A DNA stretch of 55,567 nt, from contig CAZIZE010000058.1 in assembly GCA_964543655.1 (NCBI GenBank), positions 1 through 55,567 on the forward strand, read 5' to 3'. The DNA is from an uncultured bacterium (GTDB taxonomy: Bacteria; DYJV01). The notes under the pieces were generated by a model that searched no databases, was not told where the DNA came from, and was given only the letters and a program-made list of their open reading frames with translations. The position numbers and the translations under genes are program-made. Below are positions 17,944 through 31,242 of this stretch, in pieces (the first letter of the stretch is position 1; each line of letters starts with the position of its first letter).

Positions 17944-18884
17944 TACAATTTAATGCTTTCAGGGTTTTTATATATTCTTTCTAAAAATTTCTTTGTGGGA
18001 TCATAGTCAAAATTATTATGTTTTTTTAACATATAAATTCTTGCTGCCATCTCAACAAGAGTGGAAACATTTCTACCATGTGATATTGGTAATTTAATAA
18101 ATGGCAACTTTACACCAAGTATTTCCTTGGTTTCATTTTGAATGATTATCCTTTTAATTTCATGCATTGATTTGGTAAGCTCTATTATCATATCTATCCT
18201 TTTTTCTTCTCTTAAAGAAACAACACCAAAAAGTTCCTCAACATTTATAATCCCAAGACCTCTAATCTCAAGATGTGACTTCAAAGCTTCTGGACTTCTA
18301 CCAACAATAGTATTTGGTGGTATAAATTTTATATTAATAATATCATCTGCAACAAATCTATGTCCCTTTAAAATCATATCAAGAGCAAGTTCACTTTTAC
18401 CAATACCAGCTTCTCCCTCAATTAAAATCCCAATTCCATGAATATCAAGCAACACTCCATGGTATGGAATTGTAGGTGTTAAAAAATCTTCAAGCACCCG
18501 TGTAATTTTAGGAATAAATTCTGAGGTGCTTAAATCTGTTTTAAATAATGGAACATTGTATCTATTAGCATGAATTTTAAAAGCTTTAGGTATTTTATTA
18601 TTATTGGTAAATATTATTGCAGGAATCTTTCTTTCAAAAATAGTCTCAACAAGGGAATTTAATTCACTTTCTGAAAATCTTTTTAAAAATTCTATTTCTG
18701 AATTGCCAATTATTAATATTCTTCCATCACGTAAAATTTCAGTTAAACCTGCAAATGCAAGCCCTTTTTTCTGAATCTTAGGGGCATTTATAAGATTAAT
18801 AATACCTTTTCTACCTGCAATTAAAGTAAGATTTAGCCCAAACCGCTCATCTAAAATTGACTTAACTTCTATAGAATTTCCCAT
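17943..18884 (-). CDS. hprK: HPr kinase/phosphorylase
   Basis: HGVLLDI.G.GILIEGEAGIGKSELAL, VADD, LEIRGLGII. Confidence 0.96.
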   Translation of the reverse strand: MGNSIEVKSILDERFGLNLTLIAGRKGIINLINAPKIQKKGLAFAGLTEILRDGRILIIGNSEIEFLKRFSESELNSLVETIFERKIPAIIFTNNNKIPKAFKIHANRYNVPLFKTDLSTSEFIPKITRVLEDFLTPTIPYHGVLLDIHGIGILIEGEAGIGKSELALDMILKGHRFVADDIINIKFIPPNTIVGRSPEALKSHLEIRGLGIINVEELFGVVSLREEKRIDMIIELTKSMHEIKRIIIQNETKEILGVKLPFIKLPISHGRNVSTLVEMAARIYMLKKHNNFDYDPTKKFLERIYKNPESIKL

Positions 18885-18887
18885 AAC

Positions 18888-19337
18888 TTAATATTGCTTT
18901 AATAATTCTTTAAACTCAAAAAATGAGGTGATATTTAAAAGCTTTTCATTAAATTCTTTATTCATTAAAAGCCTTGAGATTTTAGCTAAAACTTTTAAAT
19001 GCAGATTAGTTGCATCTTTTGATGAAATTAAAGTAAAAAAAATTTTAACCGGCTTTTTATCAATTGAATCAAAATCAACACCTTCATTGCTAATAGCAAC
19101 TGCACCTATTAAATTTTCATCTATATCAAGCTTTCCATGTGGTATTGCCACATGATTGCCAATACCTGTGGAACCAAGCTTTTCTCTGTCCATTAATACT
19201 TCAAATACTTTATTTTTATCAATATTTTCTCTATTTTTACAAATTAACTCAGATAATTTCTTTAAAGCTTCCTCTTTATCTTTTGCTTTAAATTGAAAAT
19301 CTGCATTATCCTCACTGAATAATTCTATTAACTCCAT
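18888..19337 (-). CDS. ptsN: PTS IIA nitrogen-regulatory protein
   Basis: REKLGSTGIG..VAIPHG, HLKVLAKISR. Confidence 0.93.
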   Translation of the reverse strand: MELIELFSEDNADFQFKAKDKEEALKKLSELICKNRENIDKNKVFEVLMDREKLGSTGIGNHVAIPHGKLDIDENLIGAVAISNEGVDFDSIDKKPVKIFFTLISSKDATNLHLKVLAKISRLLMNKEFNEKLLNITSFFEFKELLKQY

Positions 19338-19354
19338 TTTTAATACTCCATTAT

Positions 19355-19876
19355 TTATTTTGGCTCTATCCAGCCATAATTGCCATCTCTCTTTTTATAA
19401 AGCACATTAATTTCATTTGTTTCTGCATTTCTAAAAACAATAAACTCCTGCTCAAGAGTATCAAGCTGCATAGCAGCTTCCTCTATTGTAAGTGGTTTTA
19501 CAACATAGTTTTCTGATTTAATAATCTGTTTCTCAGTTAAATTTCCTGATTCAACTTTATTGTTATCTGAATAAGAATGTGCATGTTTTCTCTCTTTTAT
19601 CTTTTCTCTATACTTTTTTGCCTGTCTGTCAATTTTGTCAAGCACAAGGTCTATTGCTGAATACATATCCTCAGCAGATTCCTCTGCTTTTATAATATTG
19701 CCACCAATATTAACTATAACTTCTGCAAGTTGCCTAAATTTCTCTGTGCTTAATACAGCTTTTACTTCAAATTCTTTTCTAAAAATTCTTTCAAGCTTTT
19801 TAGCCTTTTTTTCAAAATACGACTTTAAAGCATCAGTTGGCTCAATATTTCTGAAAACAATATTAATTTCCATCAT
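19355..19876 (-). CDS. hpf: Ribosome hibernation promoting factor (long HPF)
   Basis: DMYSAID, C-terminal KPLTIEEAAMQL...NVLYKKRDGNYG; follows rpoN. Confidence 0.95.
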   Translation of the reverse strand: MMEINIVFRNIEPTDALKSYFEKKAKKLERIFRKEFEVKAVLSTEKFRQLAEVIVNIGGNIIKAEESAEDMYSAIDLVLDKIDRQAKKYREKIKERKHAHSYSDNNKVESGNLTEKQIIKSENYVVKPLTIEEAAMQLDTLEQEFIVFRNAETNEINVLYKKRDGNYGWIEPK

Positions 19877-19883
19877 TTCCTCC

Positions 19884-21311
19884 TTATTTAAATCTTTTTC
19901 TTTTACTGGAAGGTAAAATATTCATCTGACTTCTATACTTTGCAATTGTTCTTCTTGCTATTTTTATATTATGTTCTTTTTCCAATATTTCTGATATTTT
20001 TTCATCACTGTACGGCTTGTGAGGTGGCTCATTTTCAACAATATTTTTAATTTTTTCCATTACTACCCTTGTTGAAAAATCATCTGAACCATCAGAGGAG
20101 CTAATACCTGTGCTAAAAAAGTATTTTAACTCAAAGATACCATGAGGTGTACTAATATATTTGTTGTTAGTTGTCCTGCTGACAGTAGATTCATGCAGAT
20201 TTAAATCTTCTGCAACATCTTTTAAAATTAATGGTTTTAAGTATGATGGACCTTTGTCAAAAAATTCTCTCTGAAATTTCAGTAAACTTTCAACAACTTT
20301 ATAAATAGTTCTCTCCCTCTGCTCAATGCTTCTTAGCAACCATTTGGCATTATTAACCTTTTCCTGTAAAAATTGCTTAATATTCTCCTTTTTTTCTTTT
20401 GCAAGCATTTTTACATATTCTTCATTAATTCTAAACTTGGGTATTCCATCATCATTTAAAACTATTGTATAATCATCACCTTTTTTATAAACATATACAT
20501 CTGGTATAATTGTCTGGGCAATTTCAGATGAATAATTCCTCGCAGGTCTTGGTTCAAATGAATGGATAAGCTCTATTATATCAAAAACCTCTTTTTCAGA
20601 GATGTTGTAAATTTTTGCAAGAGTTTTTATATTTTTATTTTCAAGAAGCTTTAAATTATTTTTTAATATATCTTTTGCTATTTCATTGTCACAATTATAA
20701 AATTCCATCTGTATTAAAATAGCTTCTCTGAAATCTTTTGCACCTATTCCAACAGGGTCTAAAAAATTTATTGTTTTTAAAACTCTTTTTACATCTTCCT
20801 CAGTAACATTTAGCTCTTTGGCTATCTCTTCTTCTGTAACAACTAAAAAACCATCTTTGTTAAGGTTGTAAACAATGTATTCAGCTATTTTCAAATCCTC
20901 CTCATTGTTATGAGCCATTTTAAATTGCCAGAGGAGATATTCTTCTAATGTCTGTTTTTTAGATGTAAATTTTTCAAAATCTGGTGTTTCTTCCTGAAAA
21001 TTTGCTGGATACTTATTGAAACTTGCATAAGCTATATTTTCAAAATAAGATTTCCAGTCCATATCTTCAACAGCTTTGCTGTTGTATTCTTCATTATTAG
21101 ATGCACTGTTTTCAAATTCTGCAATTTCATCAAAAGATTCTTCATTGGAAAATCTTTCCTCTTCTATAACAGGGTTAATCTCCATTTCCTCTTTAATTGT
21201 ATCAATTAGCTCTATTCTTGAAAGCTGCAACACTTTTATTGACTGTTGCAACTGCGGAGTCATAACTAAATTTTGACTGATTTTCAAATTAGTTGTTAAA
21301 ACTTGCTTCAT
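19884..21311 (-). CDS. rpoN: RNA polymerase sigma-54 factor
   Basis: MTPQLQQSIK, HESTVSR, RpoN box ARRTIAKYR. Confidence 0.98.
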   Translation of the reverse strand: MKQVLTTNLKISQNLVMTPQLQQSIKVLQLSRIELIDTIKEEMEINPVIEEERFSNEESFDEIAEFENSASNNEEYNSKAVEDMDWKSYFENIAYASFNKYPANFQEETPDFEKFTSKKQTLEEYLLWQFKMAHNNEEDLKIAEYIVYNLNKDGFLVVTEEEIAKELNVTEEDVKRVLKTINFLDPVGIGAKDFREAILIQMEFYNCDNEIAKDILKNNLKLLENKNIKTLAKIYNISEKEVFDIIELIHSFEPRPARNYSSEIAQTIIPDVYVYKKGDDYTIVLNDDGIPKFRINEEYVKMLAKEKKENIKQFLQEKVNNAKWLLRSIEQRERTIYKVVESLLKFQREFFDKGPSYLKPLILKDVAEDLNLHESTVSRTTNNKYISTPHGIFELKYFFSTGISSSDGSDDFSTRVVMEKIKNIVENEPPHKPYSDEKISEILEKEHNIKIARRTIAKYRSQMNILPSSKRKRFK

Positions 21312-21322
21312 TTAAACCTCTT

Positions 21323-22039
21323 TTAAATTGTAAAATTGTCACCAAGGTAAACTTTTCTTGCTGTAACATCATTAATTATTTTTTCTGGAGTGCCTTCAAG
21401 CAAAATTTCACCTTTATTTAAAATATAAGCTCTATCACAAATCTTTAATGTCTCCCTAACATTGTGATCAGAAATTAAAACACCTATATTCTTCTCTTTT
21501 AACTTTTTTATTATATTTTGCAAATCATTTACTATTATTGGGTCAATACCTGCAAATGGCTCATCAAGAAGTATAAAAGATGGTTTTAAAACAAGTGTTC
21601 TAACTATTTCAACTCTCCTTCTCTCACCACCTGAAATCTCATAACCTTTGCTATCTTTAATATTTATTAGATTAAATTCTTCAAGTATATCCTCCAAATC
21701 TTTATTAATATTATCAATCTCTTCTTCCACAAGCTCAAGAACTGCAAGTATATTCTCCCTAACAGTTAATTTTCTGAAAATTGATGATTCCTGTGGTAAA
21801 TAACTAATACCAATTTTAGCTCTTTCATAAACTGAATAATTGCTGATTTTTTTATTATCAAAAATAATTTCTCCATTATCAGGAGATATTAATCCTGTGA
21901 TAATATAAAAAGTTGTGGTTTTTCCAGCACCGTTTGGCCCAAGCAAACCAACAACTTCACCTCTGTTTAAGTTTAGGCTAACATTATCAACAACTTTTCT
22001 TTTTCTGTAAACTTTAGTAATATTTTTTGCTTCTATCAT
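21323..22039 (-). CDS. lptB: LPS export ABC transporter ATPase
   Basis: GPNGAGKTT, YLPQESSIFRKL, DEPFAGIDP, DHNVRETL. Confidence 0.97.
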   Translation of the reverse strand: MIEAKNITKVYRKRKVVDNVSLNLNRGEVVGLLGPNGAGKTTTFYIITGLISPDNGEIIFDNKKISNYSVYERAKIGISYLPQESSIFRKLTVRENILAVLELVEEEIDNINKDLEDILEEFNLINIKDSKGYEISGGERRRVEIVRTLVLKPSFILLDEPFAGIDPIIVNDLQNIIKKLKEKNIGVLISDHNVRETLKICDRAYILNKGEILLEGTPEKIINDVTARKVYLGDNFTI

Positions 22040-22539
22040 TTTTGACCAGAAAAGAGTGTTTTTATCCTTTTTTTACCACCTTTAAAATAACTTTTATTAT
22101 TTAATAAATCAATGTCAAGTTCAGAGCCATAAAATACATTGCTGCCCTGTAAAATTTTAACATTTCCAGAAATTATAATTGATTGTTTTGCTAAATTGTA
22201 TTTAACCTTGTCACAATTGCATATAATATCTCTGCTCTTTATTTTAACATTACCATTAATATCTGCTTTTAAAATCTTCTTATTTAACTTGTTATAAAAT
22301 ATTTTCATTGTATCAGAATATATTTTACTATCACCTTGAATTAAAACAACATTTTTTTTGTAAAAAAATATATATAAATTTTTATTTGATGTATCAATCT
22401 CCAAAAAATCAGAACTAATTTCAACTGGCAACTTTGAGTTAAATTTTAGAGCATTGCCTATTAATAGCGGTTCTTTTGCATAAATTGAATTAATTATAAC
22501 AGATACCATTAAAAAAATAAATAAAATAATTTTTTTCAT
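22036..22539 (-). CDS. lptA: LPS transport periplasmic protein (LptA/OstA family)
   Basis: Signal peptide, beta-jellyroll pattern (PVEISSD, GNVKI); position in lptCAB. Confidence 0.85.
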   Translation of the reverse strand: MKKIILFIFLMVSVIINSIYAKEPLLIGNALKFNSKLPVEISSDFLEIDTSNKNLYIFFYKKNVVLIQGDSKIYSDTMKIFYNKLNKKILKADINGNVKIKSRDIICNCDKVKYNLAKQSIIISGNVKILQGSNVFYGSELDIDLLNNKSYFKGGKKRIKTLFSGQK

Positions 22540-23069
22540 TTTTTACTCCACATGCTTTTTACTCTACCATTTATTAAAAATCTCTTTTCATCTATTAAAA
22601 GTTTCAATCTACTACCATTAACATAGAAACCTTTGCCAAAAAATTTAAATTTTGAATTAAGAATTATCATTCTATTTCTATTATCAAGAAAAGCTTCATT
22701 ACTCTTTATCTTCCATAATTTGCTATAAATAGTAACATTATCTATTAATTCACCATTTTTACTTTTTAAGTAGTATAGACCTTTTGCTGATTTAGCTTCT
22801 ATGCTTTTTTTATAAAACTTAATGTAGACCTCTGTTAGCTCAGCTATATTTTTGTTTTTATCAATTTTTGCTTTATCAGCTATTAGCTCCCACACAACCT
22901 TGCCATTTTTACTATTGGTAAATTTTACACCATTTAAAATAATTGTGTTGGTAGTAACTGATTTTAAATCTGCTTTTAATTTATTCTTATCTTTCTCCTC
23001 TTTTTTACTACATGAAAATGAGATTAACAAAATAATAACAAAAAAAAATAACTTAATCTTCAATTTCAT
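22536..23069 (-). CDS. lptC: LPS export protein LptC
   Basis: N-terminal hydrophobic segment, GKVVWELIADKA motif; position between kdsC and lptA. Confidence 0.85.
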   Translation of the reverse strand: MKLKIKLFFFVIILLISFSCSKKEEKDKNKLKADLKSVTTNTIILNGVKFTNSKNGKVVWELIADKAKIDKNKNIAELTEVYIKFYKKSIEAKSAKGLYYLKSKNGELIDNVTIYSKLWKIKSNEAFLDNRNRMIILNSKFKFFGKGFYVNGSRLKLLIDEKRFLINGRVKSMWSKK

Positions 23070-23583
23070 AACGAACCTTTACTTCCTTCCAGAAACCTTT
23101 TGCCTTTAAAATAAGATCAGTTATTTCTCTAACAGCGCCACAGCCTCCATCTTTTGCAGTTATATAATCAGCAATATTTTTGCACTCATCCACAGCATTA
23201 TTAACAGTAAAAGCAACACCTGCTCTTTTCAATACAGGTATATCAACTATATCATCTCCACAATATGCAATTTCAGAGTATGTAAGATGATACTCAGATA
23301 AAATTTTATCAACAATTTCTAATTTTCTCCTTACTTTTTGAAAAATAATTTCTATTCCAAGCTCCTTAGCTCTATGAATTACAACGTCTGATTCTCTACC
23401 TGTAATTAATCCAACTTTAATTCCATAGCGATGCAACATTTTTATTCCATGACCATCTTTTACATCAAAAAACTTCATTTCATTACCGTTATTATCAATA
23501 ATTATTTTTCCATCTGTTAAAACACCATCAACATCTGTTAAAAACATCTTTACTAAATTTAATTTTTTAAATAATTTCTCCAT
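23053..23583 (-). CDS. kdsC: KDO 8-phosphate phosphatase (HAD)
   Basis: DVDGVLTDG, KDGHGI, GDDIVD, GGCGAVRE. Confidence 0.95.
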   Translation of the reverse strand: MEKLFKKLNLVKMFLTDVDGVLTDGKIIIDNNGNEMKFFDVKDGHGIKMLHRYGIKVGLITGRESDVVIHRAKELGIEIIFQKVRRKLEIVDKILSEYHLTYSEIAYCGDDIVDIPVLKRAGVAFTVNNAVDECKNIADYITAKDGGCGAVREITDLILKAKGFWKEVKVRYEIED

Positions 23584-23593
23584 ATATCTCCCT

Positions 23594-23869
23594 TTAATAA
23601 ACTATTTTAAATACTTTAAATTCATTTGTTGCATCTGACCATTGCTCAATAATTTCATTAACAACAGCATATTCCGGACCCTTATGGCACCATTTAATAA
23701 GCTCTTTTAATTTTCCCTCATCTCCTTCTGCAACAACTGTAACAGAGCCATCTAATTCATTTTTAACCCAGCCAGTTATCCCAAGATTATCAGCAACTTG
23801 CTTTGTAGAAGCTCTATACCATACACCCTGTACTTTCCCTCTTATATTAAGTTTAACTCTCTTTTTCAA
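23594..23869 (-). CDS. acyP: Acylphosphatase
   Basis: GKVQGVWYR, GWVKN..DGSV, GP. Confidence 0.96.
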   Translation of the reverse strand: MKKRVKLNIRGKVQGVWYRASTKQVADNLGITGWVKNELDGSVTVVAEGDEGKLKELIKWCHKGPEYAVVNEIIEQWSDATNEFKVFKIVY

Positions 23870-23925
23870 TTGAAACCTCCAGAGAAATATTGCAAAATAT
23901 TAAAAATAGTGCAACTCTTTTTTTA

Positions 23926-23954
23926 ATTATAAAGAATTTTTATAAAAAATTCAA
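23926..23954 (-). promoter_or_regulatory. sigma70 promoter for the acyP-kdsC-lpt-rpoN-pts run
   Basis: TTGAAT-17 nt-TATAAT. Confidence 0.7.
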
Positions 23955-23998
23955 TGCTGATTTTAATGGAAATTAATTGGCAGGTAAAACAAAATTGA

Positions 23999-24070
23999 CC
24001 TATAATCAAGAGATTTTTAACTCTAAAGCCCTTAAATAGTTTACTGTTATCAGTTTAAAGTTCAAAGTTT
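23999..24070 (-). repeat. Second copy (inverted) of the heptamer-containing intergenic element at ~291-356
   Basis: Reverse complement of 24034-24062 matches 292-320 at 27/29 nt; similarity continues through AAAAATCT.TT.ATT. Confidence 0.65.
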
Positions 24071-24158
24071 AAATATTTTAAATATATTGATGTTATTTCA
24101 AATTAAAAAGCTTATAAGAATACTTGTAAAAAAATTACTGTTGATTTTGAATAATGTG

Positions 24159-25130
24159 TTATTTTCTTATTCTTGGATCAGCAATTGCATAACCTACATC
24201 AGCAAGTAGATTGCCTATTAAAGTTAAAACTGCTACTATTGTGAGAATACCCATAATTACAGGGTAATCTCTTGCCATTACACTTTGATAAAATAGCATA
24301 CCCATTCCAGGAATACCAAAAATTGATTCAAAAATAACACTTCCACCAATTAAACCTGGTACAGATAAACCTAAAATTGTTATAACAGGGAGTAAAGCAT
24401 TTCTTAAAGCATGTTTCAAATAAACCTTGCTGTTTGAAAGACCTCTTGCTTTAGCAGCTAAAATATAGTTCATTTTAAGAACTTCAACCATATTACCCCT
24501 AACATATCTTGAAATACCAGCAAGACCACCAATTGCACTTACAAGTAAAGGTAAAATTAAATGCCTTGTATAGTCCATAATTTTTCCAAAAAAATCAAGA
24601 TTAGCATGATTTAATGATTTAATTCCTGAAACAGGTAACCATCCTAATTTAATACTAAATAGCATCATTAAAAGTAGTGCTATCCAGAAAGTTGGCAGAG
24701 CAAAGCCAATATATACAAAAAAAGATAAAAATTTATCAATAAACCTATTTTCATAAATAGAGCATATAACACCTATTGGAATACCAATAATAAAAATTAT
24801 TAACATTGATAAAATATTAATTGTAATTGTTATTGGTATTCTTTCTTTGATTTTATCAATAACTTTTCTATGGTCAGGTGAAAAAGAGATACCAAAATCA
24901 AGATGAGCTAATTTAATTACCCAATTTTTATACTGAACATATAGTGGCTTATCAAGTCCATAAAGCTTTCTGAGCCTCTCTTTAGTTTCTTTTGTAATTT
25001 TTGGATTAAGAGAGGTTTCCATGTCAACTGGTGAGCCTGGTGCAAGATGTATCACTGCAAATGATATTATTGTTATACCAATTAGCAGTGGTATCATTCC
25101 AAAAATTCTCTTTAAAATATAGATAAGCAT
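24159..25130 (-). CDS. Peptide/nickel ABC transporter permease (OppB/DppB family)
   Basis: [48 protein letters not shown]. Confidence 0.95.
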   Translation of the reverse strand: MLIYILKRIFGMIPLLIGITIISFAVIHLAPGSPVDMETSLNPKITKETKERLRKLYGLDKPLYVQYKNWVIKLAHLDFGISFSPDHRKVIDKIKERIPITITINILSMLIIFIIGIPIGVICSIYENRFIDKFLSFFVYIGFALPTFWIALLLMMLFSIKLGWLPVSGIKSLNHANLDFFGKIMDYTRHLILPLLVSAIGGLAGISRYVRGNMVEVLKMNYILAAKARGLSNSKVYLKHALRNALLPVITILGLSVPGLIGGSVIFESIFGIPGMGMLFYQSVMARDYPVIMGILTIVAVLTLIGNLLADVGYAIADPRIRK

Positions 25131-25134
25131 TTTT

Positions 25135-25605
25135 CTAACCTACATTATATGTTCCTGTACCAAGGGCAATTAATTGATTAGAATCATTTATTAGTTCCAT
25201 TCTACTAACTGCTACTTTATTTCCAAGTCTTAAAATTCTTCCCTGAGCAATAAAATATTCACCTTTACCGGGAATTAAATAATCTACTCTTAAATCAATA
25301 GTTGCAAGTTTTGTTAATCTTTCCATTTTCTCCATTGAATTTAAATTGTCAAGTTTTAAAAGAAGTGCATGAAATGCTGTAAAACCACCTATTAAGTCAA
25401 GAGCTGCTGAAATAACTCCTCCATGTAAAATTCCATGGTAAAAATTTCCAATAAGGTCTTCACGCATATTAAACTTAATTGATGGCCCCTTTTCTGTAAT
25501 TTTATGAAATTTAAAACCAATAAGGTTGTTAAATGGTAATTTTTCTATAATCTTTTTTAAAATTGTTATATTATCCAAATTATCATCTGGTTTAAATGAA
25601 ATCAT
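25135..25605 (-). CDS. Hotdog-fold thioesterase (PaaI/YigI family)
   Basis: [27 protein letters not shown]. Confidence 0.9.
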   Translation of the reverse strand: MISFKPDDNLDNITILKKIIEKLPFNNLIGFKFHKITEKGPSIKFNMREDLIGNFYHGILHGGVISAALDLIGGFTAFHALLLKLDNLNSMEKMERLTKLATIDLRVDYLIPGKGEYFIAQGRILRLGNKVAVSRMELINDSNQLIALGTGTYNVG

Positions 25606-25620
25606 AAATTAATCCTCCGC

Positions 25621-27533
25621 TTAATTAAAATTTTTATCCATCCAGATTTTTAAATTTAACAACATCCATACCTTTAATCCATTTTTACCATAAATAATTT
25701 CATTTATAAAGCTTTGAATGTTATTGTAATTAAAATATTCATAAAATGATGAATTTTTATTTTCAAATTTTTTTATTAAATAATTTTTAAATTTTCCATT
25801 AAACCAATCATTTAGTGGAACAGGAAAACTGAATTTATTTCTATTTAAAACTTTAGGTGGTATTCTATTTTCAAAAGCTTTTCTTAAAATATATTTTGTA
25901 ATGTCAAATTTTTCAGAAATTTCATTTGCTGTTGATAATATAGCAGCTGATATATTTTTATCATCTCTCCATTTTAATTTAAATTCAAATGGAATGTTAA
26001 ATGAAAATTCAATTAATTTATGATCAACAAATGGCACTCTTCCTTCAACTGATGCAGCCATTGTAGCATTGTCAAGTCTCAGCAAAAGCCCCTCAAGGTG
26101 ATAAAAATTTAAAAAATATAAAAGTTTATCATAATATGTTGATTTGTCACAACTATTTAAAATAGAGCTAAAAAATTCAATTATAAAGTTGTCATTTTCC
26201 AATTCTTTGAAATATTTATCATTAAAAATAAACTTTTTTTCATTAATTGAAAAAACTGAATAGATATTATATAAAAAATTTTCAAATGGAATAAAACTTA
26301 TATCTTTATAGTAAGATAAAAGCTTATCTTTTAAAAAAAGATTAATTTCATTATTAAAAAAATCAGGGCATCTATTTAAAATAAAAATTTTAAGATAATC
26401 ATAAGCTGATCTTAACAATAGACCGTAACCACCAAAAAGTTCATCAGCACCTTCTCCAGAAAGAACCACAGTTATATGCTCTTTTAATTTTTTTGAAAGA
26501 GAATAAATTAATACTTCATTTGGTACATTTAAAGGAAAATCTTTGAAATCAATAAGGTTTTCATTTAATTTAAAATATTCATTTTCATTAAAAATAATTT
26601 TATAATGCTCAATATTAAATAGCTCTTTAATAAAATCTGAGTATTCAAATTCATTAAATTCTTTCTCTTTAAAACCTATACTAAAAGTTTTTAATTTATG
26701 ATTAAAACTATCCTTGATTATTGATACAAGTATACTTGAATCAACTCCACCACTTAAATAAGCACCAAGTGGAACATCTGAAATCAATCTCATTTTAGTA
26801 GAATCTTCAAGTCTACTAAGTAGATTGTTAATGAAAAATTCTTCACTTTCATTAAAATCAAAAAATTTTAAATTCCAATATCTAACTTTTTTTAAACCAT
26901 TTATATCAAACTTTAAATAATTACCCTTTTCAAGTAATAAAATATCTTTGTACAATGTTTCATCAATAAAATTAAAATTATGAGATGTTAAATAGTGTGA
27001 TAATGCTTTTAAATTAGGCTCTTTTTTTATTGGAAAAAAAAATAGAGCCTTTGGCTCTGAGGAAAAGATAAGATTATCTTTAAAAATAGTGTAATAAAGT
27101 GGTTTAATACCAAGTCTATCTCTGTAAAGATATAACCTTTTTTTCCTTTTATCATAAATGGCAAATGCAAACATGCCATTTATCTTTTCAACAAAAGATT
27201 CTCCCCACTCTTTGTAAGAATAAATTAATACTTCTGTATCAGAATTGGTACGAAATAGGTATCCACACCTCTGTAATTCTTTTCTTAATTCTTTAAAATT
27301 ATAAATTTCTCCATTAAAAACAGTGTAAATATTTTCCTCTATATCGCACATTGGTTGATTGCCATTATCTATATCAATAATGGACAATCTCCTATGACCC
27401 AGAGCACAATTATTATCAATATATGTGCCTTTACTATCAGGGCCTCTATGATATAGAGACTCTGTCATTTTATTTAAAATTTCTAAATCAAAGTCTATTT
27501 TTAATGGATTAAAAAAACCTGTTATTCCACACA

Positions 27534-27534
<1 letters not shown>
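25621..27534 (-). CDS. asnB: Asparagine synthase (glutamine-hydrolysing) family amidotransferase
   Basis: MCGI, HRGPD, FNGEIYN, LSGGVDSS, SGEGADELFGGY, VEGRVPF. Confidence 0.93.
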
Positions 27535-29903
<2,369 letters not shown>

Positions 29904-29915
29904 CTATTACTCCTA

Positions 29916-31028
29916 TTAAATGTCAGTTGGTTGAATAAAATATTTAAAGTTTGGGTTATTACTATCTTCTATTAAAAAAGGCAAATCTAAATTTTCAAAT
30001 CTAATAATAATTTTTTCTGATAGGAAATGATTCTCAATTTCTAAAATATGTGATGGTTTTATAGCAAAATTAATTGGTTCAAATTCATATGTAACTGGTA
30101 ATATATTTTTAGATCTTCCACTTGATGAATCTTCTGAAAATAGAGTCATTTTACTTTTTTCAAGGTTAACCACAACTGACTTATTACCATCATTTGTAAA
30201 TATTGCAGATTTTTTAAAAACTTTGAAAAAGTCTGAACTATTAACCTCTATATAGTTTGGAAATTCATGATTAACAATATGTGTTATATCTGGAAATTTA
30301 TCTTCAATTAATTTACTATTAATTGTGAGATTATCCATACTGATTGATAGAAATTTATCTGAGAATTTTATTTCTATATTTTCTTCTTCAAAATTTTCAA
30401 GAAATGTAATAATCTGTTTGGCTGTTCTTTTAGGAAGTAGAATGTCAAGGTCAAATGGAATATCAGTATCAGTTTTAATAAAAGATGTTGATAATCTGAA
30501 ATTATCTGTTCCTGAAAATAGGATTATATTTGATTCAATCTTTCTGATACTGATACCTGTGAAATATTTTTTAAGAGCAACTGTTTTAACTGTAAAGTAA
30601 GTTTCTTTTAATGCTTTTTCAAGTATTGTTTTTTTTATAAAAAATGTATTAAACTGTTCATCTTCCACTGAAAATTTTGAGAAATTTGATGAATCATATG
30701 TGTATAATTCATAAGTTGAAGTTTCATCAGATAGTATTAAACTTGTTCCTTCTGTTTCTAAAGTTACTTCATCTTGATCTGATAATTTGATAATATTTAA
30801 AAGTTTACTTGTGTTTGTAAGTATAGAGCCTTCTTCTAAGATTTCAATATTATCTTTAATTGTAAATATTCCTTCAACAACGAGATCAGTTGCTGTAATA
30901 ATAATAGAGTTATCCTTTGCTTCAATAAGTGCATTTGAAAGAGTGGGTAGTTTATTGGCTTTGTTAATAAAGGAGTTTGCACTTAATAAGTTTTTTTCAA
31001 AAGTTTTGTTTTTAATTTTAAATTTCAT
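29916..31028 (-). CDS. dnaN: DNA polymerase III beta clamp
   Basis: 370 aa, ATDL, GTDNFRL, KLIEDKFP; between dnaA and gyrB. Confidence 0.93.
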   Translation of the reverse strand: MKFKIKNKTFEKNLLSANSFINKANKLPTLSNALIEAKDNSIIITATDLVVEGIFTIKDNIEILEEGSILTNTSKLLNIIKLSDQDEVTLETEGTSLILSDETSTYELYTYDSSNFSKFSVEDEQFNTFFIKKTILEKALKETYFTVKTVALKKYFTGISIRKIESNIILFSGTDNFRLSTSFIKTDTDIPFDLDILLPKRTAKQIITFLENFEEENIEIKFSDKFLSISMDNLTINSKLIEDKFPDITHIVNHEFPNYIEVNSSDFFKVFKKSAIFTNDGNKSVVVNLEKSKMTLFSEDSSSGRSKNILPVTYEFEPINFAIKPSHILEIENHFLSEKIIIRFENLDLPFLIEDSNNPNFKYFIQPTDI

Positions 31029-31242
31029 TTTTTCTCCCCTTTAACTTTATTAACATAAATTAGTAATAGTAATATTAGTGTGTGTTAAATTGTGGAAATA
31101 GTAAGTAAATAGTTGAAATTGTTTTAAAAAAAACTGTGAATAACTTGTTGATACTTTTTTGATTTCTTTTGAGTTATTAACAGTTTTCATGATTAAACAT
31201 CTTTTTAACAATACTTTTTTTAATAGGTTGTTAATATCCATT
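31029..31242. other. oriC: Chromosomal replication origin oriC
   Basis: dnaA-dnaN intergenic region. DnaA-box-like 9-mers TGTGAATAA (31135-31143), TGTGGAAAT (31091-31099), TGTTGATAC (31146-31154), TTATTAACA (31174-31182). DnaA-trio run TAG TAA TAG TAA TAT TAG (31061-31078). Confidence 0.85.

Noticed and set aside
22881-22888. TATTAGCT match to the spacer seed inside lptC
   Set aside because: An 8-mer within a coding region is expected by chance and does not extend.
31050-31241. 63-aa ORF between dnaA and dnaN
   Set aside because: It overlaps the DnaA boxes and trios of oriC and shows no protein features.
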